Virus record (IMG/VR): IMGVR_UViG_3300034418_006582
Span: 1-64,000 of that record
From: a virus
Direction: 5' to 3' (one strand)
Length of the DNA stretch: 64,000 nt
Shown: piece by piece, positions 47,901 to 59,500 of the stretch
Position numbering within the stretch: the stretch's first letter is position 1
How the letters are laid out: every line of letters starts with the position of its first letter
Notes under the pieces: model-generated
Seen by the model: the letters and a program-made list of their open reading frames with translations, nothing else
Told to the model about the DNA's origin: nothing
Database searches by the model: none
Position numbers and translations under genes: made by a program

Positions 47901-48680
47901 ATAAGCGCTGAAGAGTTGGCAATAGCAGAACAAGAACTTACTGACGCACAAAATGCAAGACAAAAAGAATTAGATGAAATAAATAGACAAGTTGAGCAGT
48001 CTGAATTACAACAAGCTCAAGCATTGCTTAACTTAGCACAACAGGCTTATCAAATATTACAACTAGGTCCTGAAGGTTTAAATCAATTTAAAGAAATAGC
48101 CGATGTATTAGGTGTAGATTCTCAATTGATAGATAGAGTTTCTACAAAGACTAGTGAATTAGCAAATACAATTGGTACTAAGTTTGGTGGTGTTGTAGAT
48201 GATATGGCAAAAAATTATTTTGATACTAATTTGAAAATTGAACAAGAGAAAATAGATATAGAAGTTGATACAACTCAAGCAGATAATGCGTTTAAAAAAC
48301 TCATAAATGACTATGCAATAGCAAAAGATTTTATTGAGGGAAATTCAGCAAAGCCCAACTTTACAGTACCTGGTTTAGAAATGTATGCAAAAGGTGGCCG
48401 TATACCAATGTATGCTAATGGTGGAAAACTTAGAGGTGGATATGGTTTAGTTGGCGAATATGGACCAGAGTTAATTAGAGCTATACCTGGTGGTGGTGTT
48501 GACATTACACCTTTAGGAAATACTGGGAACAGTAGTATTACAGTTCAAAATCTTAATGTAAATGTAACTGGTGTTCCATCTGATCCAGGACAAGCTAGAA
48601 AGGCTGCAATAGAAATTAAAAAAGCACTACATAAGTTAGATAGAGAAGGTTTAATTGGAACAGGCATAAGAGGTAGATAA
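44910..48680 (+). CDS. Tape measure protein
   Basis: FESAFAGIRKTV, LGNNFAATESEI and C-terminal GG..LVGEYGPELI motifs. Confidence 0.93.
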   Translation: MPPQAKVGFLKLMIGATPVGDALRNDIQQSGQAMSDATKKLQSAQYAIISGALVGIAAVTFELIKAVQATAMFESAFAGIRKTVEASESQFEDLSRSILRMSTTIPVSAGELARIGELGGQLGISVQNLPEFISTVSTLATTTNLTVDNAALGLARLDAIAQTNGETFSNLASTIVDLGNNFAATESEIMTTVLRIAQAAAQVGATTQDALAFATALQAIGVPAQAGGTAVARVFQSIQSAIIQAGEDAEIFAKVASRSGKVSAEGFAQMFGEDPAYAAQLFIEGLGNMNEAGEDVITVLDKLGLSQRRTTLAILGLAEAEDLLDRAMNTSRDAHEANTAATEEAIKRYSTLESQLQITKNAFNELQVQIGENVAPAVKGFNDIIQETIIGLTNSGAAFNILVGSVAVFSIMILRAIAHMYSIKKVLKQLQFSFAYAFTGPAAWIAAITAALAFLAIKIANAKGEMDQLVRSVETFVQDGDITRNTIKGLIDTTQEFEKALRGYNEEARKTIKENLINNLTGTPEERQAYIDSIEQVIDKNEDLINVTNGLLKHAFGRDMREAVRNGTMDYEEFVAEMERINNLSIASPFRNMSEESSQMLFQAFKMSNYRGYLQEQENNLRNQNRLLEDELGIAKDLTKALEIYEKNRDEKIRNDAIEALGIDKLAEEGTHFRYVQEEQIKAYIENNKQHDEAAKKYQEEREAILELDTVYSTITDNIKKNTDSFVASLEALPEATAMTADEMLKNFKERFAIAQIFKDQMKQLEDAGYDDLGLLVSSLGPEFAPSLANLLKDPEVMNAIEAGLEAQRITASENLKENTAKVINTYGDTYAKLGKDLASNMMQGAIDGLEAEEEEYYKTIDKIISNGITVANLAAGNKSPSWKTARISKFMILGFVKGIKDNYPQLETTWKETVIDLVTVIEQSVGDAMNRINTVFGTQFGLFGAQNNLIQNEQKYNELLEKRNVLLKGNTAEQIISIREAQDKVDFLRIAYKEGTISAEELAIAEQELTDAQNARQKELDEINRQVEQSELQQAQALLNLAQQAYQILQLGPEGLNQFKEIADVLGVDSQLIDRVSTKTSELANTIGTKFGGVVDDMAKNYFDTNLKIEQEKIDIEVDTTQADNAFKKLINDYAIAKDFIEGNSAKPNFTVPGLEMYAKGGRIPMYANGGKLRGGYGLVGEYGPELIRAIPGGGVDITPLGNTGNSSITVQNLNVNVTGVPSDPGQARKAAIEIKKALHKLDREGLIGTGIRGR

Positions 48681-48785
48681 TGGTTGATAATTTAACAGGA
48701 AAAGATTTGGAACCTTGTGATAGTTGTGGTGATTATTATTATAAAATGCCAAGTGCTGAAGTATGTATAAGGTGTAGGTTAAAAA

Positions 48786-50018
48786 ATGGCTAATACAGTA
48801 ACTATAGGTAGATTAACATTTACTTCTCCGTCAGCTTTATCAGATAGCAGAAGTGGATCATCTCGTGAATTTTCTATACAAGGTAAGTTTGTTGCAGACA
48901 CAATTGCAGAAGTCAAACATTTAAGAGATGAATTACTAGCTTGTGCTAATGGATATTATGTAGTTCCTTTTAGCTGGACTGGTGATGATACAGTTTCTGG
49001 CTATGTACGAGTTGTTAGTGCTTCTGTGAATACTGCAAGAACAGTTGTAGGTGGTTACGATTATGCAGTTTCTATGGAGTGGCTAGGTAATATAGGTGAA
49101 ATAGAAATGGAAAGTCAATTTTCAGGGGCGTTACTTGAAAATGATCACTCAATTACTTCTACCACTGATCAGTTTTATGCACCACCTGTTGATAGCTATT
49201 CTCATAGTCATTCATCTAATCCAACTAACTTTGAAAGAGTGGGTGAAGATGGATCTATTTACGCAAAATTTAGTTCTAGCTTACGATCTTATAATGCTAA
49301 ATTTTTAGTAGATCCAGATGATTTTTATAAAAATTCTTGTGAAATATTTACAAATGATAGTTCTGATGTATCAAGACTAAGATGTGGTCTTGAAACACCA
49401 AATTTTCCGACATCGGCAATATTGCAAAATGGCTTAGTAAAAATGACATTTGATAACAACAATTCACAATCCAGATTTACAGTTTATAGTTATGATGGTG
49501 ATGGTTATAAATCTGCAAAAGAAATAGCCATATCTAGAGGCGCAAGTGAACAAGAGTGGTTAGGTTGGAGATCTATACAGATACTCAAAAATGAACCAGA
49601 AGTTGCCACTATTAGATTAACTAGTTATTACGATACTGATAGTAGAGATCAAAGACTTACTTTTGATGTTACACTTCGTAGGGGTGCTAGGCATTTTTCA
49701 TTAGTTACTACTCAGTGGTCATCTGGTAAATTTAATATAAAACCAACTGCAACTTTACCTTTTACTGATAACACAAGTTATGCAGTGATGACAAATAATG
49801 ATGCTGACGGAAATCAACTTGTTATGGGATCTCCACAGAATTTTGATGTTGATACAACTAATGGTGGTATTAGTACTACATCGAATACAGCAACTATGAA
49901 ATCATTTATTGGTTTTGTATATGATGGGACCTCTGCAACTTCGTATGATACTGCTGATAGTATTAGGGATCAATATCTTGATAATATTTATGAAGTTGTG
50001 AGGATAGTTAAGTCATGA
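48786..50018 (+). CDS. Minor tail protein
   Basis: Synteny after the tape measure gene. Confidence 0.65.
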   Translation: MANTVTIGRLTFTSPSALSDSRSGSSREFSIQGKFVADTIAEVKHLRDELLACANGYYVVPFSWTGDDTVSGYVRVVSASVNTARTVVGGYDYAVSMEWLGNIGEIEMESQFSGALLENDHSITSTTDQFYAPPVDSYSHSHSSNPTNFERVGEDGSIYAKFSSSLRSYNAKFLVDPDDFYKNSCEIFTNDSSDVSRLRCGLETPNFPTSAILQNGLVKMTFDNNNSQSRFTVYSYDGDGYKSAKEIAISRGASEQEWLGWRSIQILKNEPEVATIRLTSYYDTDSRDQRLTFDVTLRRGARHFSLVTTQWSSGKFNIKPTATLPFTDNTSYAVMTNNDADGNQLVMGSPQNFDVDTTNGGISTTSNTATMKSFIGFVYDGTSATSYDTADSIRDQYLDNIYEVVRIVKS

Positions 50019-53000
50019 GCGTAACAGAAAAATTAATGGCACCAGGTGGTTTTAGTCTTGTACTAAATAAGCAAAACACACCAAATTCAGTAATCAATAC
50101 TATTGACGCTTGGGGACACATCGTAATTATCCCAGCAGATCTAAATGTTCAGGAATTTGATGACGCAACTTTATTAGATTCAGCTAGATATGTCGGAATT
50201 GTAGAATCTTTAGAACTAGGTTTAGAAGATGATGTAAATATTGCAGGTGTAGGTTTAGTTTCATACTTAGGTGATAGTGAAACTAGAGGTATGCCTATTG
50301 CTACTACTGGTGGTCCATCAGGTGTTAGATCTTATAAAAATAAAACTCTAGAGCAAGTATTAGACAGTACTGGATCTCCTAAAGGTATTTTAAGAACAGA
50401 ATCAGGTGGTCAGGGACCTATTAGAAAAGGAACAATAACTGAACCAACAGATAGTTCTACATATACTGGTAAGCATTACACAGAGTCAGCTTTAAAAGCA
50501 ATCAGGTACATATGTCAAGATCTAAATGTTGAATTTAAAATTGATACTAAGGGTTATTTATCTGCTGGTCCATCAGGTACATTATTTGCTGGAATTGACA
50601 GCGATCCAACAGCAATAATAGTTAGAGGTGGTGGTGGACAAGATCCAAATATAAGTGGTATTAATACAACAAGTTTAGTTGCACAATTTGACGCTAGTGA
50701 ATTTGTCAGTTCTGTTGAATTAATTGCGAGTAAGCATGGTGCTGAGGCAAATATTGGAAACGCTACTGTTTCATCAAATCCTTATAAAGATTTGTTTGGT
50801 AGTGACCTTTTAAGAACACAATATGTATCTGATCCACAAACTGAGGGAACTACTAAAACTGAAAGAGCAGGGGCTTATTTATCTGAATTAAATTTAGTCA
50901 AAAAAAGTTTAAATGTTTCTCTTGAGGAGTATGACATAAGTGGGGATTTTAAAGTTGGAGACAAAATATTTATTTTTGATCCTGACATAGGTTTTCAAGA
51001 CACTGAAGTTGATAGAATAAGTGATGGAAGAGACTCTTTATACGAAACTGTTTATCAAGGACAAGTACTTAATCCTACAAAAATTAGAATACTATCAATT
51101 ACATGGCCAGTATTGAATGGATATGGCGTATTTTATAGAGATAAAAATGGTTCATACACTGAACTTACTGATTATGTTGTTTGGGAATCAGGCGATGTAC
51201 AATTAGAAATAGGTGATGTAGCACCTTCAATTAGTGAAAGTTTAAATTTAAGTGGACACACTGTAGATCTTGTAGGTAGTCCAGACAAATCTGTTCCAGA
51301 TACACCATCAGGTTTAACTACTGTAGCTGGATCGTATTCTGACGGTAATGGTATTTCAAAAGCATTTATTAAAATGTCTTGGACAGAACCTACGAATACT
51401 GACGGATCATCAATAACTGACGGATCGTATTACAGAGTAAGGTGGCGTGTAGTTCAAGATACTGATGGTAATAATATTATTGATAGTAATGACGATCAAG
51501 CAACGGAATACAATTATTCAACTTTAGCTTTCGATAAAAGAGAATTTGTTATTTATGATCTGTCACCAAATACTTATTACTCAGTTGGTGTACAAGCTGT
51601 TGATACTTCTGGATTTGATAGCGAATTTACTAGTATAGCCTCATTGCAAACTACTAGAGATGGTGGTGCGCCAAATAAACCAGACGGATTTGCCACAATA
51701 GCTTCAAACCCACTTAGAGTACAATTTATTCATAATTTAGGACAAGCTAAAGATAATGATGGTAATGCAGTTAGTCCAATAGTTAATTTTACCTTAGCTA
51801 AAGATATTGATCATCTAAACATTTATGCCTCTACTACTCAAGGTTTTGATTTGGAATATAACTCTGTAACTAAAAGAGTCTCACAAACAGGTTATAAAAT
51901 AGGTGAACTTAAAGCTGGTAGTGCGCATATTCTTAATACAATTGCAGCAATAGGTTATATTGATCTGGATAATGCAGATACTCATTATTTTAGAGTTACA
52001 GCAGTTGATACATCAGGCAATGAGTCTGAACCATCAGATGAACAAGAAGGTAATGCAGATTTAGTTGACACACAAAATATTGCTAACTTAGCAGTTACTA
52101 ATGCAATTCTTGCTAATGCGGCTGTCACGGATCTTAAAGTTGTAGATGTTTCAGCAGGTAAATTAACAGCAGGTACGATATCAGGTCAAACAATTATTCT
52201 TGATGCTAGTGGCGACACTGGTGCTGACTCTATAATAAAATCATCTAATTATGTATCAGGATCTACAGGTTGGGCAATTAATTCAGACGGAACAGCAGAA
52301 TTTAGAAATGCAACTATTAGAGGATCACTAAATGCTAGTGATATTACAGCAGGTACTTTATCTTCAGACAGACTTGATACTGATTTTATAGCAGTTGGTG
52401 GTGCAGCAAGTGATGTAAACTCAGGATCTACAACTATTGATGGTGGATCAATTACTGCTAACAGTATCACAGCAAGTCAAATAGCCTCAAGCACTATAAC
52501 AACTAACCAACTAAATTTTACACCTTACACAGATGGCGAAAACATTGATAGTGGATCAATAGGTGGTATATCAATAGATAGTGATAGCATACATACTTCA
52601 GGCTATCCTAGTTCAGGTTTTGAAATTACTTCTAGTGGTAATGCAAACTTTTTAAATGTTCTTGCTAGAGGAACAATAAGTGGAACTGTTGATACAACTT
52701 TAAATGCAGGATCTTCAGGATATATACAATCTGGATCTGGTGCAAACAGAGTTCGTTTTGGTGCAGGATCTGGTGCTGCAATAGACTTTATTTATAATTC
52801 AGGAACAGTTGGAATAGTAGAGGCTGTAGGTAGTGATACTTTTAGAATTAGAGGCTATACAACTGGTGATAACATTGAAATGTATGCAGGTGGTTTAGGT
52901 GGTGCTGGTACATTATCTTTAAATCAAGGAACTCTTAATATCTCTGGTGGAACAAATATTGTTACTACTGTAGGAACAAAACTTACATTATCAGGTAGTT

Positions 53001-53854
53001 CAGGAAATTCAGGACAAGTTTTAAAAAGTAATGCTAATGGTATGTCTTGGGGAAATGTAGATACAACATCTACTTTTACTAATAGTAATAACGCAGTAAC
53101 AATAAATAATACAAACTCTACTATCAATATATCCGTAGGTAATGACTCTAATACATTATCAGCAGGACATAACCATCCTTATTTAACAAGTGTTAGTGAA
53201 AATAACCATAACCACTCAAACTATTTAACAAGTTTGCCTAATCACACTCACAATTTTAGTGCTGACATAACAGGATTTAGTGGTAATAATCATGATCACA
53301 GTGCTTATTTATCAGTAAATCATGTTCTTAACACCACCAACCCACACTCAATATCAGGTAATAATCACAATCACAGTAACTACGCAACTGAAAACTATGT
53401 AAATGGACAAATCTTACAACATAGAATTGATTACTATCACTCTGATGAAAGGTTGAAAGAAAATATATCAGAAACTAATTTAGGTCTAGATTTTATAAAT
53501 AGATTACAACCAAGAGACTTTACTTGGAAATCAGATTATTTGGATTATATATGGTCTGATGATGAAAATCTACAGGCACAGAAACTTAAAGGTTTTCAAA
53601 GTAACTTACAACAAGGATTTATTGCACAAGAAGTTCAGGATGCAGTTTATCAAGAAACAGGAAGTAACAATGCTTTTGGTGGGCTAACTTTAGGAGATGT
53701 AAGTGATTTTGAAAAGACTACAACTTCTGATGCTGATGATTTTGGAAGAGTAGATTACACACAATTTATTGCACCATTAGTAAAAGCAGTCCAACAATTG
53801 TCTGCTAAGATAGAAGTACTTGAGGCTAGAGTGGACGAATTAGAAGGTGTATAA
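50015..53854 (+). CDS. Tail tip/central fibre with FN3 domains and C-terminal intramolecular chaperone
   Basis: LSPNTYYSVGVQAVD, YFRVTAVDTSGNES and SDERLKENI..GFIAQEV..LVKAVQQL motifs. Confidence 0.85.
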   Translation: MSVTEKLMAPGGFSLVLNKQNTPNSVINTIDAWGHIVIIPADLNVQEFDDATLLDSARYVGIVESLELGLEDDVNIAGVGLVSYLGDSETRGMPIATTGGPSGVRSYKNKTLEQVLDSTGSPKGILRTESGGQGPIRKGTITEPTDSSTYTGKHYTESALKAIRYICQDLNVEFKIDTKGYLSAGPSGTLFAGIDSDPTAIIVRGGGGQDPNISGINTTSLVAQFDASEFVSSVELIASKHGAEANIGNATVSSNPYKDLFGSDLLRTQYVSDPQTEGTTKTERAGAYLSELNLVKKSLNVSLEEYDISGDFKVGDKIFIFDPDIGFQDTEVDRISDGRDSLYETVYQGQVLNPTKIRILSITWPVLNGYGVFYRDKNGSYTELTDYVVWESGDVQLEIGDVAPSISESLNLSGHTVDLVGSPDKSVPDTPSGLTTVAGSYSDGNGISKAFIKMSWTEPTNTDGSSITDGSYYRVRWRVVQDTDGNNIIDSNDDQATEYNYSTLAFDKREFVIYDLSPNTYYSVGVQAVDTSGFDSEFTSIASLQTTRDGGAPNKPDGFATIASNPLRVQFIHNLGQAKDNDGNAVSPIVNFTLAKDIDHLNIYASTTQGFDLEYNSVTKRVSQTGYKIGELKAGSAHILNTIAAIGYIDLDNADTHYFRVTAVDTSGNESEPSDEQEGNADLVDTQNIANLAVTNAILANAAVTDLKVVDVSAGKLTAGTISGQTIILDASGDTGADSIIKSSNYVSGSTGWAINSDGTAEFRNATIRGSLNASDITAGTLSSDRLDTDFIAVGGAASDVNSGSTTIDGGSITANSITASQIASSTITTNQLNFTPYTDGENIDSGSIGGISIDSDSIHTSGYPSSGFEITSSGNANFLNVLARGTISGTVDTTLNAGSSGYIQSGSGANRVRFGAGSGAAIDFIYNSGTVGIVEAVGSDTFRIRGYTTGDNIEMYAGGLGGAGTLSLNQGTLNISGGTNIVTTVGTKLTLSGSSGNSGQVLKSNANGMSWGNVDTTSTFTNSNNAVTINNTNSTINISVGNDSNTLSAGHNHPYLTSVSENNHNHSNYLTSLPNHTHNFSADITGFSGNNHDHSAYLSVNHVLNTTNPHSISGNNHNHSNYATENYVNGQILQHRIDYYHSDERLKENISETNLGLDFINRLQPRDFTWKSDYLDYIWSDDENLQAQKLKGFQSNLQQGFIAQEVQDAVYQETGSNNAFGGLTLGDVSDFEKTTTSDADDFGRVDYTQFIAPLVKAVQQLSAKIEVLEARVDELEGV

Positions 53855-54066
53855 TGACTGTTACTTATGACACATTAAATATTCCAGATCCTGAAACCAA
53901 TGAAGAATTATTGGACAGATTATTAACAGAAATAAAAGAATTAGAAATGAAATATTATAACTATGAAAATCGCGATGATAAAGAGGATGATATTCTTTTA
54001 TCAATTGAAAATGAAATAACTCTTAAAAAAAGTGAATATTCAGATGCTGGAGGAACTTTCGATTGA
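53854..54066 (+). CDS. Small acidic coiled-coil protein
   Basis: Coupled ORF. Confidence 0.6.
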   Translation: MTVTYDTLNIPDPETNEELLDRLLTEIKELEMKYYNYENRDDKEDDILLSIENEITLKKSEYSDAGGTFD

Positions 54067-54827
54067 AGTTTAATTTGGGGGGAAAAGAATATATAGAATT
54101 TAAAACAGATCTAAAAGGTCTAGACGAATTTGCACCTGTTAAACCATCTAAGTTTTTTTTACCACAGTGGTTTAAAGATATGGATGAATATATTACTCAA
54201 GACGCTGTACACGAAAAAGGTAAAAAATTTTACTTTGGTAGAAGTAAAGAAACTGCTATTAAAACTGCTGGTGGAACAGTGAAACGATGTCCAGCAATTG
54301 TAGATCTTCTTACCGAAGGGTTCATAATACCTATGTGGGCAGATTTTTTAGTTCAAAGAGATATGGAAACATTAGAATGGGACAACAAAGGTATGTTGCA
54401 ATACGGAATTGAATTTCATGGGAAACAGCAAATAACAGGTTGGAAATTAAAAAAAACTGATTTTCCTGAAGGAGTAAAGTTTATAAATCCGTGGAGAATT
54501 TACACACCTAAAGGTTATTCAGTAATGTTTATGCAACCAACTTATCAATTTGAAAACAGATTTACTGTATTACCAGGTATTGTAGAAACAGATTCTTATC
54601 ATCATATAAACTTTCCAACAATATGGCACACAACAAAAGATGCAGTAATAGATCGAGGAACACCTTTTATTCAAGTAATTCCATTTAAACGAGACGAATT
54701 TGATCTAGATGTAGGACAAATGACAGATAAACAAATACAAGATGATTTATTAGAAAAAAATGAATTAAATACAAAATTTAAAAATGCTTATAGGTCAATT
54801 ACGCAAAGATTTAAAAATGAAAGGTAA
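54063..54827 (+). CDS. Conserved phage protein (DUF6065-like)
   Basis: P.WFK..TVKRCP..GFIIP..KFINPW..TPKGYS..PGIVETD..GTPFIQVIPFKR. Confidence 0.65.
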   Translation: MKFNLGGKEYIEFKTDLKGLDEFAPVKPSKFFLPQWFKDMDEYITQDAVHEKGKKFYFGRSKETAIKTAGGTVKRCPAIVDLLTEGFIIPMWADFLVQRDMETLEWDNKGMLQYGIEFHGKQQITGWKLKKTDFPEGVKFINPWRIYTPKGYSVMFMQPTYQFENRFTVLPGIVETDSYHHINFPTIWHTTKDAVIDRGTPFIQVIPFKRDEFDLDVGQMTDKQIQDDLLEKNELNTKFKNAYRSITQRFKNER

Positions 54828-54836
54828 TATTTAGTT

Positions 54837-55028
54837 ATGCCTTATACATATGAATACTTATCAAATGAAGATCAAATATCCTTTGTTCAAGCAAGAATTA
54901 AAAGTGAAGAAGAAAGAATATTTGAAATGGAGCTATCAAATACAGATGGCGAACATGACGATGAAATAGCAGAGGTCACATCAAGAATTACTGATCTAAA
55001 AGCTAAACTTTCTGAACTAGAGGGTTAA
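54837..55028 (+). CDS. Small acidic coiled-coil protein
   Basis: 63-aa ORF. Confidence 0.6.
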   Translation: MPYTYEYLSNEDQISFVQARIKSEEERIFEMELSNTDGEHDDEIAEVTSRITDLKAKLSELEG

Positions 55029-55085
55029 TCAATTACCTTAAATCTATAATTGAATAAGTAATATAAAAGTATCTAAAAGGTATTT

Positions 55086-55343
55086 ATGGCAGAATCTTAC
55101 GAGTTCAATGTGTTTAATGACAGAATGAAACGCCAATATTTATTAGACCAAATCTTACAAGGTGAAGTCGCTATATTTGGTGTTTTACTTAAACCTATGG
55201 CAGAAAATCATCCAGATTATGCTGAATGGAAGCATAGCTTAGAAGAAATGAAAAAAGAAATTGCAAATATGAAAGAAGTTTATGAAAAATTAGGTGGCAC
55301 TTATGAAATACAGGAGATAAGAAATGTCACTGACAAGTCATAG
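55086..55343 (+). CDS. Small coiled-coil protein
   Basis: AAGG RBS. Confidence 0.6.
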   Translation: MAESYEFNVFNDRMKRQYLLDQILQGEVAIFGVLLKPMAENHPDYAEWKHSLEEMKKEIANMKEVYEKLGGTYEIQEIRNVTDKS

Positions 55344-56508
55344 TAGAGATACTCTTGAAATAAACAATTTATCTACTCAAGATGATTTTTTTGATACTTC
55401 ATCTGAGGGCGAAGGATATACACTATCAAATGCTACTGTACAAATAGTTTCACTAAATAACAATTTATATTTAGATGGTAAAACTATAGTTTCTGATGGC
55501 AATTTATCTATTGCAACTTCTGAAACAGATACTTATATTGTTTTAGGTACAGCAAGTACTAAAGCTCTTAAAATAGATAGTTCCCAAAGAATAGATATTT
55601 TATCAGGGAAACTTCGCATAAATGGATCAGATGGTAATCCTGGTCAAGTTTTGACTACAGATGGATTTGGTAATATATCATGGTCGTCAGTAGATAATAC
55701 ACAATATGCTTTTGCTGGTTTTGTCGTTGATGGTTCTGCTACAATCACTGCTAGTTCAACTTCAGAAAATGTTGAATTTGAAGCTGGATCTGGAATTGCT
55801 ATAAGCACGGATACTTCCTCGGATCCAAAAAAAATAACTATTAGCAATACTAATACTGCTGCGAATGCTTTTACTACATTTAATGTGACAGCAGGATCTG
55901 GTTCAGCAAGTGGATCAGATATAGAGGCAGACAGTAGCACTGATACTCTTACTTTTATAGCTGGATCTGGTATAACTCTTACATCAGATGCTAATAATGA
56001 TCAAATCACAATTGCATCAACTGCCAGTGCTTCAGGAGAACAAGATCTATTCAAATTTATTACAGCCCCAAATCAAAGTACTATTTCTGCGACAAGCACC
56101 ACTGATACTTTGAGTTTAGATACTTTTACACCAAGTATTACAAGAACTGAACGAGAGGCGAAAATAGAAATCGAAACAGATGTTTCAGCAAGATCTGTTA
56201 CTTTGAAATCAAAGATACCGATAACTCACAGTCACAGTGGTAAAATGCCAATAGTGTTAAGTGGAGGATCGTCATCAGGTGTTCCTTTAAAAAATCACTT
56301 TATTCCTATGAGTGTAAGTGGTGTAACAGTAAATGGTGGTGGATCAGACTTTGGTGTTAGCACTAGAGCTGTAGAAGTGCTAGAAAGAGATGGAAGCACA
56401 TTATCAAGGTTTATTATGCCACCAACAACAAGTGGTAGATCATTACTGTTAACTTCAACACTAAATGACGGAACTACAGAACAACAAGAAATTAATATGG
56501 GTGAATAA
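55324..56508 (+). CDS. Tail fibre-like structural protein
   Basis: GQVLTTDG.G..SW and AD...DTLTF.AGSGI repeats. Confidence 0.7.
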   Translation: MSLTSHSRDTLEINNLSTQDDFFDTSSEGEGYTLSNATVQIVSLNNNLYLDGKTIVSDGNLSIATSETDTYIVLGTASTKALKIDSSQRIDILSGKLRINGSDGNPGQVLTTDGFGNISWSSVDNTQYAFAGFVVDGSATITASSTSENVEFEAGSGIAISTDTSSDPKKITISNTNTAANAFTTFNVTAGSGSASGSDIEADSSTDTLTFIAGSGITLTSDANNDQITIASTASASGEQDLFKFITAPNQSTISATSTTDTLSLDTFTPSITRTEREAKIEIETDVSARSVTLKSKIPITHSHSGKMPIVLSGGSSSGVPLKNHFIPMSVSGVTVNGGGSDFGVSTRAVEVLERDGSTLSRFIMPPTTSGRSLLLTSTLNDGTTEQQEINMGE

Positions 56509-59500
56509 ATGGCACAAAAATATCCAATAAGACTGAATTATGATGCTGAAAATAATCCAGAGGGTTTTGCTGAATTTCAGAGTGCTGATTACATAGGTTT
56601 ATCAGATGGTGGTACAGGTGGATCTTATTCCTCTTTAGCAGATCTACGAACAGGTTTAGGTTTAGAAATTGGTTCAGATATACAAGCCTATGACGCAGAT
56701 CTCAGCGCAATTGCAGCATTAACACATATAGATGGTGGTTTCATTGTTTCAAATGGAACTACATGGGTAGTTGAAAGTGGATCAACAGCTAGAGATAGTT
56801 TATCTTTAGGAACTGGTGATGATGTAACATTTGCTACTTTGACAACTACAGGATCGGTAACAATACAAGGGAATCTTGATGTTCAGGGTGAGTTCTTAAA
56901 TACTACAGCAGAAATTGTCGTAGTAGATGACGCTTTTGTAAAACTAAATAATGGCAATGGTGAAGTTGACTCAGGTATTATTGTTGAAACTTCAGATACT
57001 GATGACGCAAGATTATTTTATGATGTTTCAAATAATCGTTGGGTACTTGGCGAAAATGGATCATACGATGAAATCCTAACACAAGACTCTACAGATACAT
57101 TAACAAATAAATCTATTGACGGATCTACTAACACTCTTACTAATATTCCAAACTCTGCATTTAGTAATAGTTCTATAACAGTAACTGATGGGACAAACTC
57201 TACAGATATTGCTTTAGGTGGAACGATCACTTTCAGCGATGGTACAGGAATTACAGTTTCTGAAAGTTCAGGAACAATTACTGCAAGTGTAGATTTCACA
57301 GAATTTGATACAGACAATGTTACTGAAGGTTCTACAAATCTTTATTACACAGACGCAAGAGTTTCAACTTATCTAACAGGTGGAACAGGTATAACAGAAT
57401 CCTCTGGAACAATAAGTATTGACTTTACAGAATTTGATACTGACAATGTTGTAGAAGGTAGTTCTAATCTTTACTATACAAATGCAAGAGCAGATGCTCG
57501 TATTGGTTTAGCTAGTATTGGAGATCTAGCAGATGTAACGCTGACATCTACTGCCACAGGTGACATACTTAGATACAATGGATCAGCTTTTATAAACGAA
57601 CCACTTAACTTAGGTACTGACACTGAAGGTGATTATGTTGCAAGTCTTGTAGCTGGAACAGGTATAACCCTAACAAATAATAGTGGTGAAACATCAACTC
57701 CTACTGTTTCAGTAGATATGACTGCTTTTGATACTGATGATTTAACAGAAGGATCGACAAATCTTTACTATACAGACACAAGAGTAGGAAGTTATTTAAC
57801 AACTAATAGTTATGCAACTGAGTCATATGTTGATAGTGCTGTAGCAACTGAAAACGAAATAAGCGAAATGAATGATGTCACATTGACATCTTTAGCTAGT
57901 GGTGAATTTTTACAATACAATGGTACAGCTTGGGTAAATGTAGTACCTGACACAGATGATATTACTGAGGGTACAAATCTTTTTTATACAAATGCAAGAG
58001 TTGATACAGAGATAGATAGTTATGTTACTGGTGGAACTGGTGTAACAGTTTCTTCTGGTCAGATAAGTATAGGTCAAGCTGTAGAAACAACTTCTAATGT
58101 ACAGTTTGCAGACACTCAAATAGATGGTGACTTAACAACTGGTGGTCAAGTAGTCCACGGAACTAATACTATATCTATAAATCAAGACGCAGATGGTACT
58201 GATAATACTTTAAATGTAGAAATAGAATTTTTAAGAGGTAACTTACAACACAAACATTTCTTTTGGGATGAAACCAACGATAGATTTAGCATTAACAGTG
58301 ATGATCTAGCAGTCGGAACTGTAATAGGTAACCTAACAGGTAATGTTACAGGTGATCTAACTGGAGATGTTACTGGTACAGTTTCTGACATATCAAATCA
58401 TGATACTGATGATCTCAGTGAAGGACTTACAAATCTTTATTATACAGATGCTAGAGCTAGATCTTCAATTAGTTATACAGATGCAGGTGGTGACGGATCA
58501 CTTAGTTACGACAGCAGTACTGGAACAATTACATACACTGGTCCTAGTGCAACTGAAGTAAGAGCGCATTTCAGTGCAGGTACAGGTGTATCTATTTCAT
58601 CAGGCGAAATTTCAATTGGACAGTCTGTTGGGACTTCTGATGATGTAACATTTAATGATTTAATTCTTTCTGGAAATCTAACTGTCAGTGGTACTACTAC
58701 AACCATTAACACTGAAACCTTAACTCTTGCTGACAATGTAATTATATTAAATTCAAATGCAACAGGATCTGCAAGTGAAAACGCAGGTATAGAAGTTGAA
58801 AGAGGCGATGACACTAATAAGACTTTGATCTGGAATGAGGGTACTGATAAATGGTCAGTAGGCTCAGAGACATTTGTAGCAGGGACATTCGAGGGTGCCT
58901 TGACTGGAAATGTCACAGGTACTGTCTCAGATATTTCTAATCACGACACAGATGATCTTACTGAAGGATCAACTAATTTATACTACACCGACACAAGAGT
59001 CGGAACTTACCTGACAACAAACAGCTATGCAACACAAACTTATGTTGATAATGCTGTAGCCAGTGAAAATGAATTAAGTGAGATGAATGATGTTACTTTA
59101 ACATCTAGTACCACAGGAGATTTCTTACAATATAACGGATCTGCTTGGGTTAACATTGCGCCTGATACAGACGATATAGCTGAAGGAACAAATCTTTATT
59201 ACACTACTGCAAGATTTGATACTGCTTTTTCAGGAAAGACTACAGATAATTTAACTGAGGGTTCGACCAATCTTTACTATACAGATGAAAGAGCGCAGGA
59301 CGCATTAGGTACAGCTTTAACTATGGGAACACAAACTCTCATAACTGTTACCTATCAAGACAGTACTAATGATTTTGACTTTGTAGTTGATAACGATTTA
59401 GCTAATTACGACAACACAACATCAGCATTTACAACTCTTGCTGACTTTAGTGGTGGTACAAATATTAGCTTTAGCTCAGGAACAATAGCATTTGATAATT

